Assembly (NCBI GenBank): GCA_965197745.1
Contig: CBDANS010000007.1
Location: 928,001-992,000 of the forward strand
Source of the DNA: Opitutales bacterium
GTDB lineage: Bacteria > Verrucomicrobiota > Verrucomicrobiia > Opitutales > PNEW01
Direction of reading: 5' to 3'
DNA: 64,000 nucleotides
Numbering within the stretch: the stretch's first letter is position 1; every line of letters begins with the position of its first letter. The notes under the pieces are model-generated. The model saw only the letters and a list, made by a program, of their open reading frames with translations. It made no database searches and was not told the origin of the DNA. Shown here piece by piece: positions 54,691-64,000 of the stretch. The position numbers were made by a program, and so were the translations under genes.

Positions 54691-55264
54691 AAGACCTAAA
54701 TGAACAACTGATAAATGACGTAACAGAACAAGAAGAACGGAAGAGTCAAGCGTTGAATCTGCTTTTGAACGAATACCGGGAGAAGAAGGGGCATCTGATC
54801 GGATTAACTTCTCAAATGGGCTTAACTCGTTCATACGTCACGAGCAGTTCGCTTGAATGGATAGGAGAACATCTTAGATTTGCAAACCAACTCCCTATAT
54901 TCAATGAAAAGATAGATAAAAAAACTGGGAAGATTATAATCGATCGTGAAACACTAACTCTAATTCAACAACGTGAACTTGATTGGAGACGTCAGTATCC
55001 TATGACGCTTTATTTAGCCAAAAGAAAACAACACAAATTTCCACCAATGTTAGTTGTGTCATGGCAACCTTGGGTAGGTAATCCAAATGCAAATGAGTGG
55101 AGTAACGACAAAGCTTTGAAGGATAGTATTAACGCTCAAGGATTAGATAATGAATCTTACTATGTTGATATCGAAATTACCGATACTGATCAACTCTACG
55201 TAATCGACGGTCAACACCGACTCATGGCAATACAGGGACTAAGCAATCTTTTAAATAAAGGTAA
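54687..55264 (+). pseudogene. DGQHR-domain (DndB/ParB-like) protein truncated by IS
   Basis: QR.LD, FPP, VIDGQHRL motifs; IS begins at 55265. Confidence 0.85.
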
Positions 55265-56525
55265 TGGTTGGACCCCGCGTTTTAGTCCACTTTCAATGAG
55301 ACAATCTCCGTGATTGTGGTTTCATCAGTAAAGGTACCGGCTCCGGTCGTCCTCCGGACTCCCTCCGCCGGAACCTTGGGTCTGTAATTTTCTTGGCATA
55401 TTGCGCCGGAGTTAGCAAGCCCAAGGAGCGATGGGGACGAATCTTATTATAATATTCCAGCCAGTCTCCTATCACCACGGGGGATTCAGTGAGGGTGTAG
55501 AGCAGCTCGCGATCAAGGCATTGCGCTCGTAAACGACTGTTGAAGCTTTCGATATATCCATTCTGCCAGGGACAGCCAGGATCGATGTAAATCGTTTCGA
55601 TCTGGTTCTCGCGCAACCAGCGCTGTATAGCTTGCGCGATAAATTCTGGACCATTGTCAGAACGAATAAACAGGGGTGCGCCATGCCGGGAAATCATTCG
55701 CTGCAACAGAACCAGTACCTCGGCTGCTTTGATCGCGCGGTCAGCATGAAGAACGTGGCACTCCCGCGTATAGTCATCGATGATGCTGAAAACACGCAGT
55801 TTGCCGCCACGCTGGGTGTAGTCCGAAACGAAATCCCACGCCCACACGTGGTTCTTGTGTTTGGCCTCTTGAGGCAAACCCGTGGACAGGCCGCGGCGGC
55901 GCTTTCGAGGTTTGGGCGGCGGTACTTGCAGTCCCTCTTCGCGGCGTAGGCGCTGCACCTGTTTCTTGTTTACCCGGTAGCCCATTTCACCCAGCATTTG
56001 ATTGATTTTTTTGTAGCCAAGAGTCGGGTGCTTCCGCGACAGGCGAACGATCGCAGTCTCCAGCAACTGCTTCTTATCAGGCACAGGCTTGGAGCGGTAG
56101 CGCAGGGTCGAGCGGTTGAATCCCAGCCATCGGCATATGGCCCGCCCGGAACACGACAAAGCTCGCTGAACTTTTTCGGCGACGCCACGCTGTCGCTCCG
56201 GGCTCAGATGTTTTTTTCCAAGGCTAGCTCCAGGGCCTTTATATTCAGAAGCTGGTCAGCGAGCAGTTTTTTAAGTTCAGTGTTCTCTTTCCCCAGCTCC
56301 TTCAACCTTCGTGCCGCCATACTTGCTCCTCCACCGGTAGTAAGTCTGCCGGCTGATGTTGCGCCGGCGGCAGACCTCATCGGTCGTCAGCCCGGCGGCC
56401 TCCGATTCTCGCAGTATACGAATGATATTTTCGGTCGTGTCTCGCGTTTGCTTCATGATCATTTTCCTTCCTTTTGTTGGAAAATCGTCTCAGTAGCAAT
56501 GGACCAGTTTATTGGGACCCAACCA
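55265..56525 (-). mobile_element. IS3-family element type C
   Basis: tggttggacccc / gggacccaacca ends; orfB 55293..56159 with DDE; orfA frameshifted. Confidence 0.9.
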
Positions 56526-56539
56526 CTCCAAGTTTTAAT

Positions 56540-56725
56540 GCAAAGTACTCGATCAGTGGGCTTATGGCCACGGCATCGAGCTGGATTTTATCCGGCCAGG
56601 CAGACTCGTAGAAAATGGCTATATTGAGAGATTCAATGGGGACGCTTGGCGGCTTGATTATAATACTCAAAGACCACCCTGCCGGAACTAACACTGGCTC
56701 TGGTACAGTAATCGGGAGCAGGTCA
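56540..56725 (+). mobile_element. IS3 type B internally deleted 3' remnant
   Basis: Matches 60000-60328 with deletions; ends gggagcaggtca. Confidence 0.8.
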
Positions 56726-56789
56726 TGTTGGGTATATGGATCAAAACTATGATCTAAGAACAGATAAAAATCCGTCATAAATAAAGTAA

Positions 56790-57379
56790 TTAAGCTTCAA
56801 TATCATATAACGAATCAGATAAGCGGAATAGTAAAGAAAAGTCACAAGATTGACTCGTTGCTTATTATAGTATCTTTAGCTGGTAAGTATTACGATGATA
56901 AATCTGATGTAGATTTGATTGCTTATTGTAATAGGTTACCAATGTTAAAAGAAATCCGAGATTTGTTTAAAGATGATTCAATTCAAAAAACTTTAATCCC
57001 TTATAATGGATTTCAAATCCACTTAACTAACTTTGAAATTAAAGCCAGCATCATATTTTTAAATGTATCTTTTATTGAAAAATTAGTAAGAAAATATCCA
57101 AACATTAATTTCGGCGAATATAGAGAGTTGTGTGATAAATTAATTAACTCAAAGGTTCTTTTTGATAAAAAACATCTAATTTCTCCATATAAAAATCAGG
57201 TTAAGAAAATTCCAGACACTCTATAGAAAAGGATAATAGAGATGAATTACTATAATTTAAGATATTATTTCATTAAGGGTGAGATCCGATTAGACGGTGA
57301 AAGAGGAAACTGGATTATGGTAAATCAGAGAATTCATCAAAGTGTAGAGAAGCTACTAACATTAATATATCTGTTGAAT
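56790..57379 (+). pseudogene. Nucleotidyltransferase-domain protein, decayed
   Basis: SLAG...DDKSDVDL motif; internal stop at 57224; cut by IS at 57380. Confidence 0.6.
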
Positions 57380-58257
57380 TGGAGTGACCCCAAAAAATCG
57401 TATCATTTACAGTGAGAGGTTATCCGGATAAACGGATAACCAAAATGAAAAGAAAAAGATACACAACAGAACAGATCATAGCAATACTCCGGCAAGCCGA
57501 TACCGGTAAAACGGTATCGGAAATCTGCCGTAGCAACAACGTAAGTGAACAGACCTTCTATCGCTGGGGTAATAAGTATGGCAATTTAGAACTGGCCGAT
57601 GCGAAGCGATTTAAAGAGCTGGAAAAAAAATTCACAAGCCTAAGCGAGAAAACCTGCCATACCGAGCTAAAGAAGCTGCTCGCTGATCAAATGCTCAAGA
57701 ATCAGGTGATGGAGGAAACGCTGTCAAAAAAATGGTGAGCCCAAAGCAAAATAAAGGAGTAGTAAAAGACGCGGCTGAAGGGGAGCTGTGCCCGTTGCGG
57801 GGGGGCTTATGCTTATCTCAGCCTGAGTTGGTCAATGTCCAGTTACCGGCCCAAGCTTTCCATTAGGAAAGCTCAGGGATTGTCCGACAAAAAGATCAAG
57901 GCGATATATATCGATCCGGGCAGCCCTTGGCAAAACGGTTTCATTGAGTCGTTTTACAACCGCTTACCCGATGTACCGAGGAACGTAGTGACGACATAGC
58001 GAAGCGCTCATGTTTGAACCCTGATGTGTTGCTCAGCGTGGCTGAAGCGCAAGGGGTAATCGAACAATGGCATCAGACCTACAATAATAAACATCCCCAT
58101 AGTCCTTTAGGCTTTAAAAGCCAACTGGAGTTTGTCAGATTACATTCAGATCTTGGCCACGCTTCGCATAGATCTCTCAAATACAACAATGCTGAAACCA
58201 TTAACGCCCGGTAACTCTCTCACTTAAAAAATTGGTACGAAAACCGGGGTCCGATCA
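57380..58257 (+). mobile_element. IS3 type A, internally deleted
   Basis: Both ends and orfA present; most of orfB missing. Confidence 0.88.
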
Positions 58258-58260
58258 ATT

Positions 58261-59097
58261 GTGTCACAGGAATATTGGAATAATTACGCTCCAACTGAAG
58301 CGCTTCGGAATTGTGAGAATCCAGAAGACTACATTTACTATCTTTTAGTTTCTCAAACTCTCACGTCATTTCTGTCTAGTGTCGACTCTGTCCTTGACGT
58401 CGGTGGAGGTCCAGGCAGGTTCAGCCTGGATATCGCACCACATGTTAAAACAGTAGAACACATTGACTTTTCTCAGAAGATGCTCGACTTAGCGGTCAAA
58501 AAAGCCCGTAAGCTAGTAATTAAAAATATCAACTTCAAAAAAGTAGATGCAAAAGACTTATCTCAATATTCCGACCAACAGTTTGATAAAGTTATTTCTA
58601 TAAATACTCCAATTTCCTTCTCAGGACATGATTGGAAATTAGCTCTAACTGAAATGTGCAGGGTTGCATCAAAAGCTGTTTTATTTACAGTATCAAATTT
58701 CATTTCAGCCTTCCCACGGTTGCTTGAAGTTTCACTAGAAAAGGACATTGGATGGGACACCCTAGCAACTGAGTTATTTAACAATCATTTATTTGACAGA
58801 GAAAGAGGAAAGACTGTAGGTATCGATTTTCCATCGGTTCAATCGTTTCTCCCTGGAGAGATAGAACGAGAATTTTGGGATCTTGGTTTTCAGGTAAGGG
58901 ATGTCCGAGGGTTAGCCATTCTATGTCGAATGATGAATCCTGAGCATTTAAAGACCATTATTAGTGATAAAAAACGGCTATCTTCTTTTCTCGAATATGA
59001 ATCTATTCTCGCGACAGCGTATGGAAAGTGGGCACCATCACGTGAAATTATGTTTATTGCTGAAAGAAAAGTTATAGGAAGTGACCTGTCCCCGTAA
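58261..59097 (+). CDS. Class I SAM-dependent methyltransferase (both ends abut IS termini)
   Basis: VLDVGGGPGRF, D.S..ML, FD.V motifs. Confidence 0.85.
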   Translation: MSQEYWNNYAPTEALRNCENPEDYIYYLLVSQTLTSFLSSVDSVLDVGGGPGRFSLDIAPHVKTVEHIDFSQKMLDLAVKKARKLVIKNINFKKVDAKDLSQYSDQQFDKVISINTPISFSGHDWKLALTEMCRVASKAVLFTVSNFISAFPRLLEVSLEKDIGWDTLATELFNNHLFDRERGKTVGIDFPSVQSFLPGEIEREFWDLGFQVRDVRGLAILCRMMNPEHLKTIISDKKRLSSFLEYESILATAYGKWAPSREIMFIAERKVIGSDLSP

Positions 59098-60328
59098 AAC
59101 TGGACCAGCGAAGATTTAGTCTGGCATGGGTGAAAAAGCTAATAAAAAATAGGAGAAAGAACCACCCATGAAAAGCAAAGGAAAACGCTATAATAAAGAA
59201 CAAATCATCAATGGCCTAAGGCAGGTTGAAGGCGGTCGAAGGATTGCCGAAGTGTGTCGAGAGTTAGGCGTGAGCGAACAGACCTACCACAGTTGGAAGG
59301 GTAAATACGCGGGCATGGGAATCAGCGAATTAAGACGGCTGAAGCAACTCGACGAAGAGAACGCCAGTTTGAAGAAGCTGGTCGCTGATCTGAGCCTGGA
59401 CAAGCATATGCGGCAGGAAGTTATCACATAAAAGTTGTAAAGCCTGTGCGCAAGAAGGCGATTGCTGAGTGGTTAGTGGAAGCTTATGAGGTGAGCAAAC
59501 GCCGGGCGTGCAGGCTGATGCAGTTGTGTTGGTCGAGTTATAACTACCAGCCTGTGAAGAATGGACGAGTTGCGCGCTGATCGTGCGCATACGAGACCTC
59601 GCCGCCGCGCGGGTGCGCTACGGGTATAGGCGAATCACGGTGTTATTAAAGCGGGAAGGCTGGACGGTAGGAAAGAAACGCGTTTATCGTATCTACAAGG
59701 CCGAAGGGCTGGAAGTGCGCACGAAGAAACGAAAGAAGCGTGCCGCGCAAAGGCGGGTCTCACTGCCCGCGGCTTCAGCAGCCCAGGAGCGCTGGTCGAT
59801 GGACTTTATGAGCGATCGGCTGACCAACGGCCGCCCCTTCCGCATTCTCACCGTTGTCGATCAATACACTCGAGCTTGCCCACTGCTTCTGGTCGATACG
59901 TCCATCGGTGGGCGCAAAGTCGCTGCCGCACTTATGAAAGCCGCCGCAGGAATCGGTCTTCCCCAAACCATTACCGTCGATAATGGGCCCGAGTTTGCCG
60001 GCAAAGTACTCGATGAGTGGGCTTATGGCCACGGCATCAAGCTGGATTTTATCCGCCCAGGCAAACCCGTAGAGAATGGTTATATTGAGAGCTTCAATGG
60101 ACGCTTACGCGATGAACTTCTTAACACCGAGCTATTTTGTACGCTGGTGCAAGCGAAAGAAAAACTTGATGCCTGGCGGCTTGATTATAATACTCAAAGA
60201 CCACACCGTTCTCTGGGCTATCGGCCTCCGGCCGAATACGCCCACAGAGCCATGTCTAAGCAAATTAAAACCCATACCACCCTGCCGGAACTAACACTGG
60301 CTCTGGTACAGTAATCGGGTGCAGGTCA
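59082..60328 (+). mobile_element. IS3-family element type B, second copy
   Basis: Same ends and ORFs as 48326..49615. Confidence 0.92.
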
Positions 60329-60380
60329 TTATCCCGATAACCTCTCTCTTTAAATGATACAATTTTTTGGGGTCACTCAA
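60329..60380 (-). mobile_element. IS3 type A left-end remnant
   Basis: Reverse complement of t.gagtgaccccaaaaa..atcatt..agagaggttatcgggataa. Confidence 0.75.
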
Positions 60381-60956
60381 TTAAATCCACCCAAAAATTC
60401 TTGGCCGATTCCTGGCCGAATATCAGCAAAAAAATATGATTCTTGCCCTTTCCTGCCAAACATTTAGAGGCAAGGACAGGAAATTAGAGGAAAATATAAA
60501 TTATTATTGTATCGTTATTTAAGTGTAACTATTTGTTATTAAGTAGCTTATAAGGCATTATTGAGTCCCGTTCATAGTCGGTTCTGTCTCATCGTCTACG
60601 TTTAAGATAGCCACTTTTGAGCCCTGCGACAGCGGGGCGACATCTTCCAAAGGCACCCGTCGTCGTCCCATTAAATTGGGACTATGCCGTGGCGAAGCAA
60701 AATTCACATAAAAGCATTTTGAGTATAAATTTTTATTCTAATTATCTACCTATTGCATAATCGTACTACTAAGCGGGCGCGACGAAGCACGTCCCTCCAG
60801 ATAAATAAAAATGGAGGGCCACGCGTTGTCGTGGCCGATTGGATTGTATTATGATAATTAATTCGTCCATCCAATCTTCCAATCTTCCCTTCTTCCATCC
60901 ACCCTTCCTTCTTGTCTCTTTTGTATCTCTTGTGCATCTTGTGGCTGTATCTTAAC

Positions 60957-60986
60957 ATGAATACGTTAGTCATAGGTGGTGCGGGA
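60957..60986 (+). repeat. Exact 30-bp duplicate of the galE 5' end
   Basis: atgaatacgttagtcataggtggtgcggga at 60957 and 61195. Confidence 0.95.
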
Positions 60987-61194
60987 AGTGTTTAGGCCAT
61001 TACTTAAATTATAGGTATGATGATGATAAATAATCTTCGTCTTCGTCTGCCTCCTCGTCTTCGTCTTTGGTTGATAATTTAGGAATAATGAAAAAATATA
61101 TCAAAATTATATTATCCAATTTAAGTAATAAATGGTTATGAGGAAATAGGGGACGAAGACGAGGACGCAGACGAAGACGAAGCTAAATAATTTA

Positions 61195-62184
61195 ATGAAT
61201 ACGTTAGTCATAGGTGGTGCGGGATATATCGGGTCTCACTGTGTGCGGCAATTGGTCGCAGCTGGTCATCGCACCGTAGTGCTAGATAATTTTATTACCG
61301 GGCATCGCAAGGCGCTCGATTCTTCTCTCGCTCTCTATGAAGGTGATCTGGGCGATGAAAAACTTGTGGGTGATGTTTTGGATAAGGAGAAAATTGAAAT
61401 TGTCATGCACTTCGCGGCGCATGCCTTTGTCGGAGAATCGGTGGAAAAACCGCTGAAGTATTATGAAAATAATGTAGTTAAACCGATCCGTCTCATACGG
61501 ACGATGCTCGATCGTGGGGTCACAAAATTTGTTTTCTCTTCAACTTGCGCTATTTTCGGTGCAGCGGAGAAACTACCGATTACCGAAGATGCACCCCAAA
61601 ATCCGATCAACCCCTATGGACAGACAAAACTCGATATGGAAAATATTCTTCGCGCATCCGCCCATGCCTATGGTTTGAGTTTTGCTGCTTTTCGCTATTT
61701 CAATGCCGCAGGCGCGGCTAAAGACGGGTCAATTGGAGAAGATGTTGACCCGGCAACCCGACTCACGCCGATCGCCATCGCCGTGGCGATGGGAAAAAGG
61801 AAACATCTCGATATTTTTGGCACGGATTATCCCACCCCCGATGGCACGTGCCTGCGTGATTACGTGCATGTCGATGATCTCTCTCGAGCGCATATTGCGG
61901 TTTTCGATAAACTCGATAGAGCGGGTGCTGCTTATTTCTACAATCTGGGAACGGGCACTCCGTGCTCGGTGCGCGAGGTGATTCAGGCAACAGAAAAAAT
62001 AACCGGGTTGAAAATCCCTACGCAAGAGGTCAAGCGTCGACCGGGCGATCCCCCTGTATTGTACGCGGATTCAAGTAAAGCGCAAAAAGAGTTGGGATGG
62101 AAGATCGAGTACTCGACTATCGAGTCCATTATTGAAACCGCCTGGAAATGGCATCAGAGCCATCCGGTAGGGTTTGAAAAATAA
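61195..62184 (+). CDS. galE: UDP-glucose 4-epimerase
   Basis: GGAGYIGSH, HFAA..VGES, YGQTK, RYFN, RDYVHV.DL. Confidence 0.95.
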   Translation: MNTLVIGGAGYIGSHCVRQLVAAGHRTVVLDNFITGHRKALDSSLALYEGDLGDEKLVGDVLDKEKIEIVMHFAAHAFVGESVEKPLKYYENNVVKPIRLIRTMLDRGVTKFVFSSTCAIFGAAEKLPITEDAPQNPINPYGQTKLDMENILRASAHAYGLSFAAFRYFNAAGAAKDGSIGEDVDPATRLTPIAIAVAMGKRKHLDIFGTDYPTPDGTCLRDYVHVDDLSRAHIAVFDKLDRAGAAYFYNLGTGTPCSVREVIQATEKITGLKIPTQEVKRRPGDPPVLYADSSKAQKELGWKIEYSTIESIIETAWKWHQSHPVGFEK

Positions 62185-62203
62185 AGCCGGAGGCTTTATT
62201 TTT
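62178..62203. terminator. Hairpin terminator between convergent genes
   Basis: aaaataaagcc-gga-ggctttatttt. Confidence 0.6.
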
Positions 62204-62212
62204 CAGTGTTAC

Positions 62213-62310
62213 GTTTTAGGTGTTAGGTTTTAAGCGAAGAGCTTACCTCCAAAATTAAAACCTTCGACCTTTGACTCTTTACCTAAAACCTAAAACTTAA
62301 CACCTAACAC
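62213..62310. repeat. Inverted heptamer tandem repeats
   Basis: gttttag/gtgttag versus ctaaaac/ctaacac arrays; a related tcgaagg/tcaaagg array lies at 11-47. Confidence 0.65.
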
Positions 62311-62327
62311 AAAAAATTTTAAATTCT

Positions 62328-63902
62328 TTAAAATTTTAATGAGAACTGCTCGATACGTTTGCGGAGGGTGGAGCGGGTAATACCGAGAATAGCGGCGGCT
62401 TTGACTTGATTCCCCCCGGTTTCCTTTAAAGCACGTTGAATCATTTCGCGTTCGATCTCATGAAGGATATCTTTATTCGTCATCTCTCTTACTTCGTGGT
62501 ATAATCGGTCCATTACATTTCCTTGAATGGTATCATCGGTTGCCTTGCTCTCTGCCTGGCGTGTGGTTGAAGGTGATTGATCTGCATTGGCAGGTTCGGG
62601 TTTTTTTCCCTCATGTATGAAGGGTGGATTCGAACCTATGAGCTCCGTCTCTTTTACATCCTTTTCAACAGTGCCATTAATATTCTCTTCAGTTTCGGTA
62701 GTGAGCCCTCCCTTGTCGAGTATCTCCTGGGGAAGGTTTTTGACGAGAATGACGTCACCCCGCGCGACGACAGCGCTGCGGTGAATGACATTTTCCAACT
62801 CTCTCACATTTCCCGGCCAATCATATTTCATCAACACATTCAATGCTTCGGACGATACTTGCTTAACACTCAGTTTTTCTTCCTTCGCCAGTTCCTGAAG
62901 GATAAAATCAACAAGATGAGGGATATCGCTTTTACGTTCCTGTAGCGGGGGTAACTTCAGGCGGACAACATTCAGACGGTAGTATAAGTCTTCCCTGAAA
63001 AGATTCTCCTCAACCATTTTCTCGATATCTTTATTCGTAGCAGCAATCAATCGGACACCGACTTTGATCGTTTCACTGCCACCGACCCGCTGTAGTTCTC
63101 CGTCTTGTAATACACGAAGAATCTTCGTCTGTGTGGATAATGACATGTCTCCAATCTCGTCGAGAAAGATGGTGCCTTGATCACTCAATTCAAATCTACC
63201 GATACGCTGCTGGGTAGCACCGGTGAAGGCACCTTTTTCGTGTCCGAAGAGTTCACTTTCGATAAGGTTCTCGGGAATAGCTGCGCAGTTAACGGCGACA
63301 AAGGGACAATTAGCACGATGACTGTGCTGGTAAATACAATGTGCAACGAGTTCTTTGCCCGTTCCGCTTTCCCCGGTGATCATCACGGTTACATCACTGG
63401 TCGAAACTTGACCGATAACTTTGAAAACTTCATGCATGGCACGAGATGAGCCGACAATGCCTTCCTGGTAATCATTAATATTGAGCAGGGGTGTATACGC
63501 AGAATCGGCTTTTTCAAGATCCTCATAAGCCTTGAGCGCGTTTACCGTAAGATTGAGGACACGCTTAGTGTCAAAAGGCTTTACGATATAATCATATGCG
63601 CCAAACTTCATGGCTTCGATAGCAGTTTGGGTAGTACTGAAAGCGGTCATTAAGATGACCATGATGTTAGGGTTAATATTCCGAAGGTGCTGTAAAGTTT
63701 CCAGACCGCTAATACCTTCCATCCGGTTATCGAGAAAAATAACTGCGGGTGTTTCCTTTTCTGCTACATCGATACCTTCTCTGCCGCTTGCCGCACAGAG
63801 GACCTGGTAATTGCTCGCGGACAGCACACGCTGCAGGGAGTACCGGACCTCGGCGTCATCATCAATGACAAGAACTGACCGATCGCTACTATTTGAAACC
63901 AT
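62328..63902 (-). CDS. Sigma-54-dependent response regulator (NtrC/AtoC family)
   Basis: REC domain, [20 protein letters not shown], Fis HTH. Confidence 0.95.
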   Translation of the reverse strand: MVSNSSDRSVLVIDDDAEVRYSLQRVLSASNYQVLCAASGREGIDVAEKETPAVIFLDNRMEGISGLETLQHLRNINPNIMVILMTAFSTTQTAIEAMKFGAYDYIVKPFDTKRVLNLTVNALKAYEDLEKADSAYTPLLNINDYQEGIVGSSRAMHEVFKVIGQVSTSDVTVMITGESGTGKELVAHCIYQHSHRANCPFVAVNCAAIPENLIESELFGHEKGAFTGATQQRIGRFELSDQGTIFLDEIGDMSLSTQTKILRVLQDGELQRVGGSETIKVGVRLIAATNKDIEKMVEENLFREDLYYRLNVVRLKLPPLQERKSDIPHLVDFILQELAKEEKLSVKQVSSEALNVLMKYDWPGNVRELENVIHRSAVVARGDVILVKNLPQEILDKGGLTTETEENINGTVEKDVKETELIGSNPPFIHEGKKPEPANADQSPSTTRQAESKATDDTIQGNVMDRLYHEVREMTNKDILHEIEREMIQRALKETGGNQVKAAAILGITRSTLRKRIEQFSLKF

Positions 63903-64000
63903 TATATTTAATATTGTGTAAACGGATAAAATTATCAGATTACCCGGTAATTGATCAAAATGATAATTAAGGATTAAGCAAGTTGCTTGCTTTTTTAAAT

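Overview
Bacterial window whose gene content is compatible with a Verrucomicrobia/Opitutales-like genome (inference only). It centres on a tRNA with anticodon CAT (16467..16541, minus strand). Downstream (left) of the tRNA are degenerate att-like copies of its 3' end at ~13190 and probably ~6100. These separate integrase-less cargo blocks: two paralogous FG-GAP repeat proteins, an Ig-domain protein and several metabolic enzymes. Upstream (right) is a ~44 kb accessory region with four parts: (1) a tyrosine-integrase element with an A7-frameshifted putative activator, an HTH excisionase-like gene, an HTH rep-like gene, repeat-bounded cargo and a dif-like site; (2) a PadR-led ABC export operon with three MacB-like permeases, MFP, ATPase and TolC; (3) a BlaI/M56-TPR pair; (4) a dense patch of IS3-family copies with a nested cargo-carrying IS1595 element and a disrupted GIY-YIG + DGQHR pair. 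The window ends in probable backbone (galE, sigma-54 response regulator). The most striking unexplained signal is a family of 23-45 nt hairpin-rich micro-insertions (T...C). Wherever an empty copy is available for comparison, each has replaced a single A of an AA step. They occur in transposases, a tRNA-derived att site and intergenic repeats.
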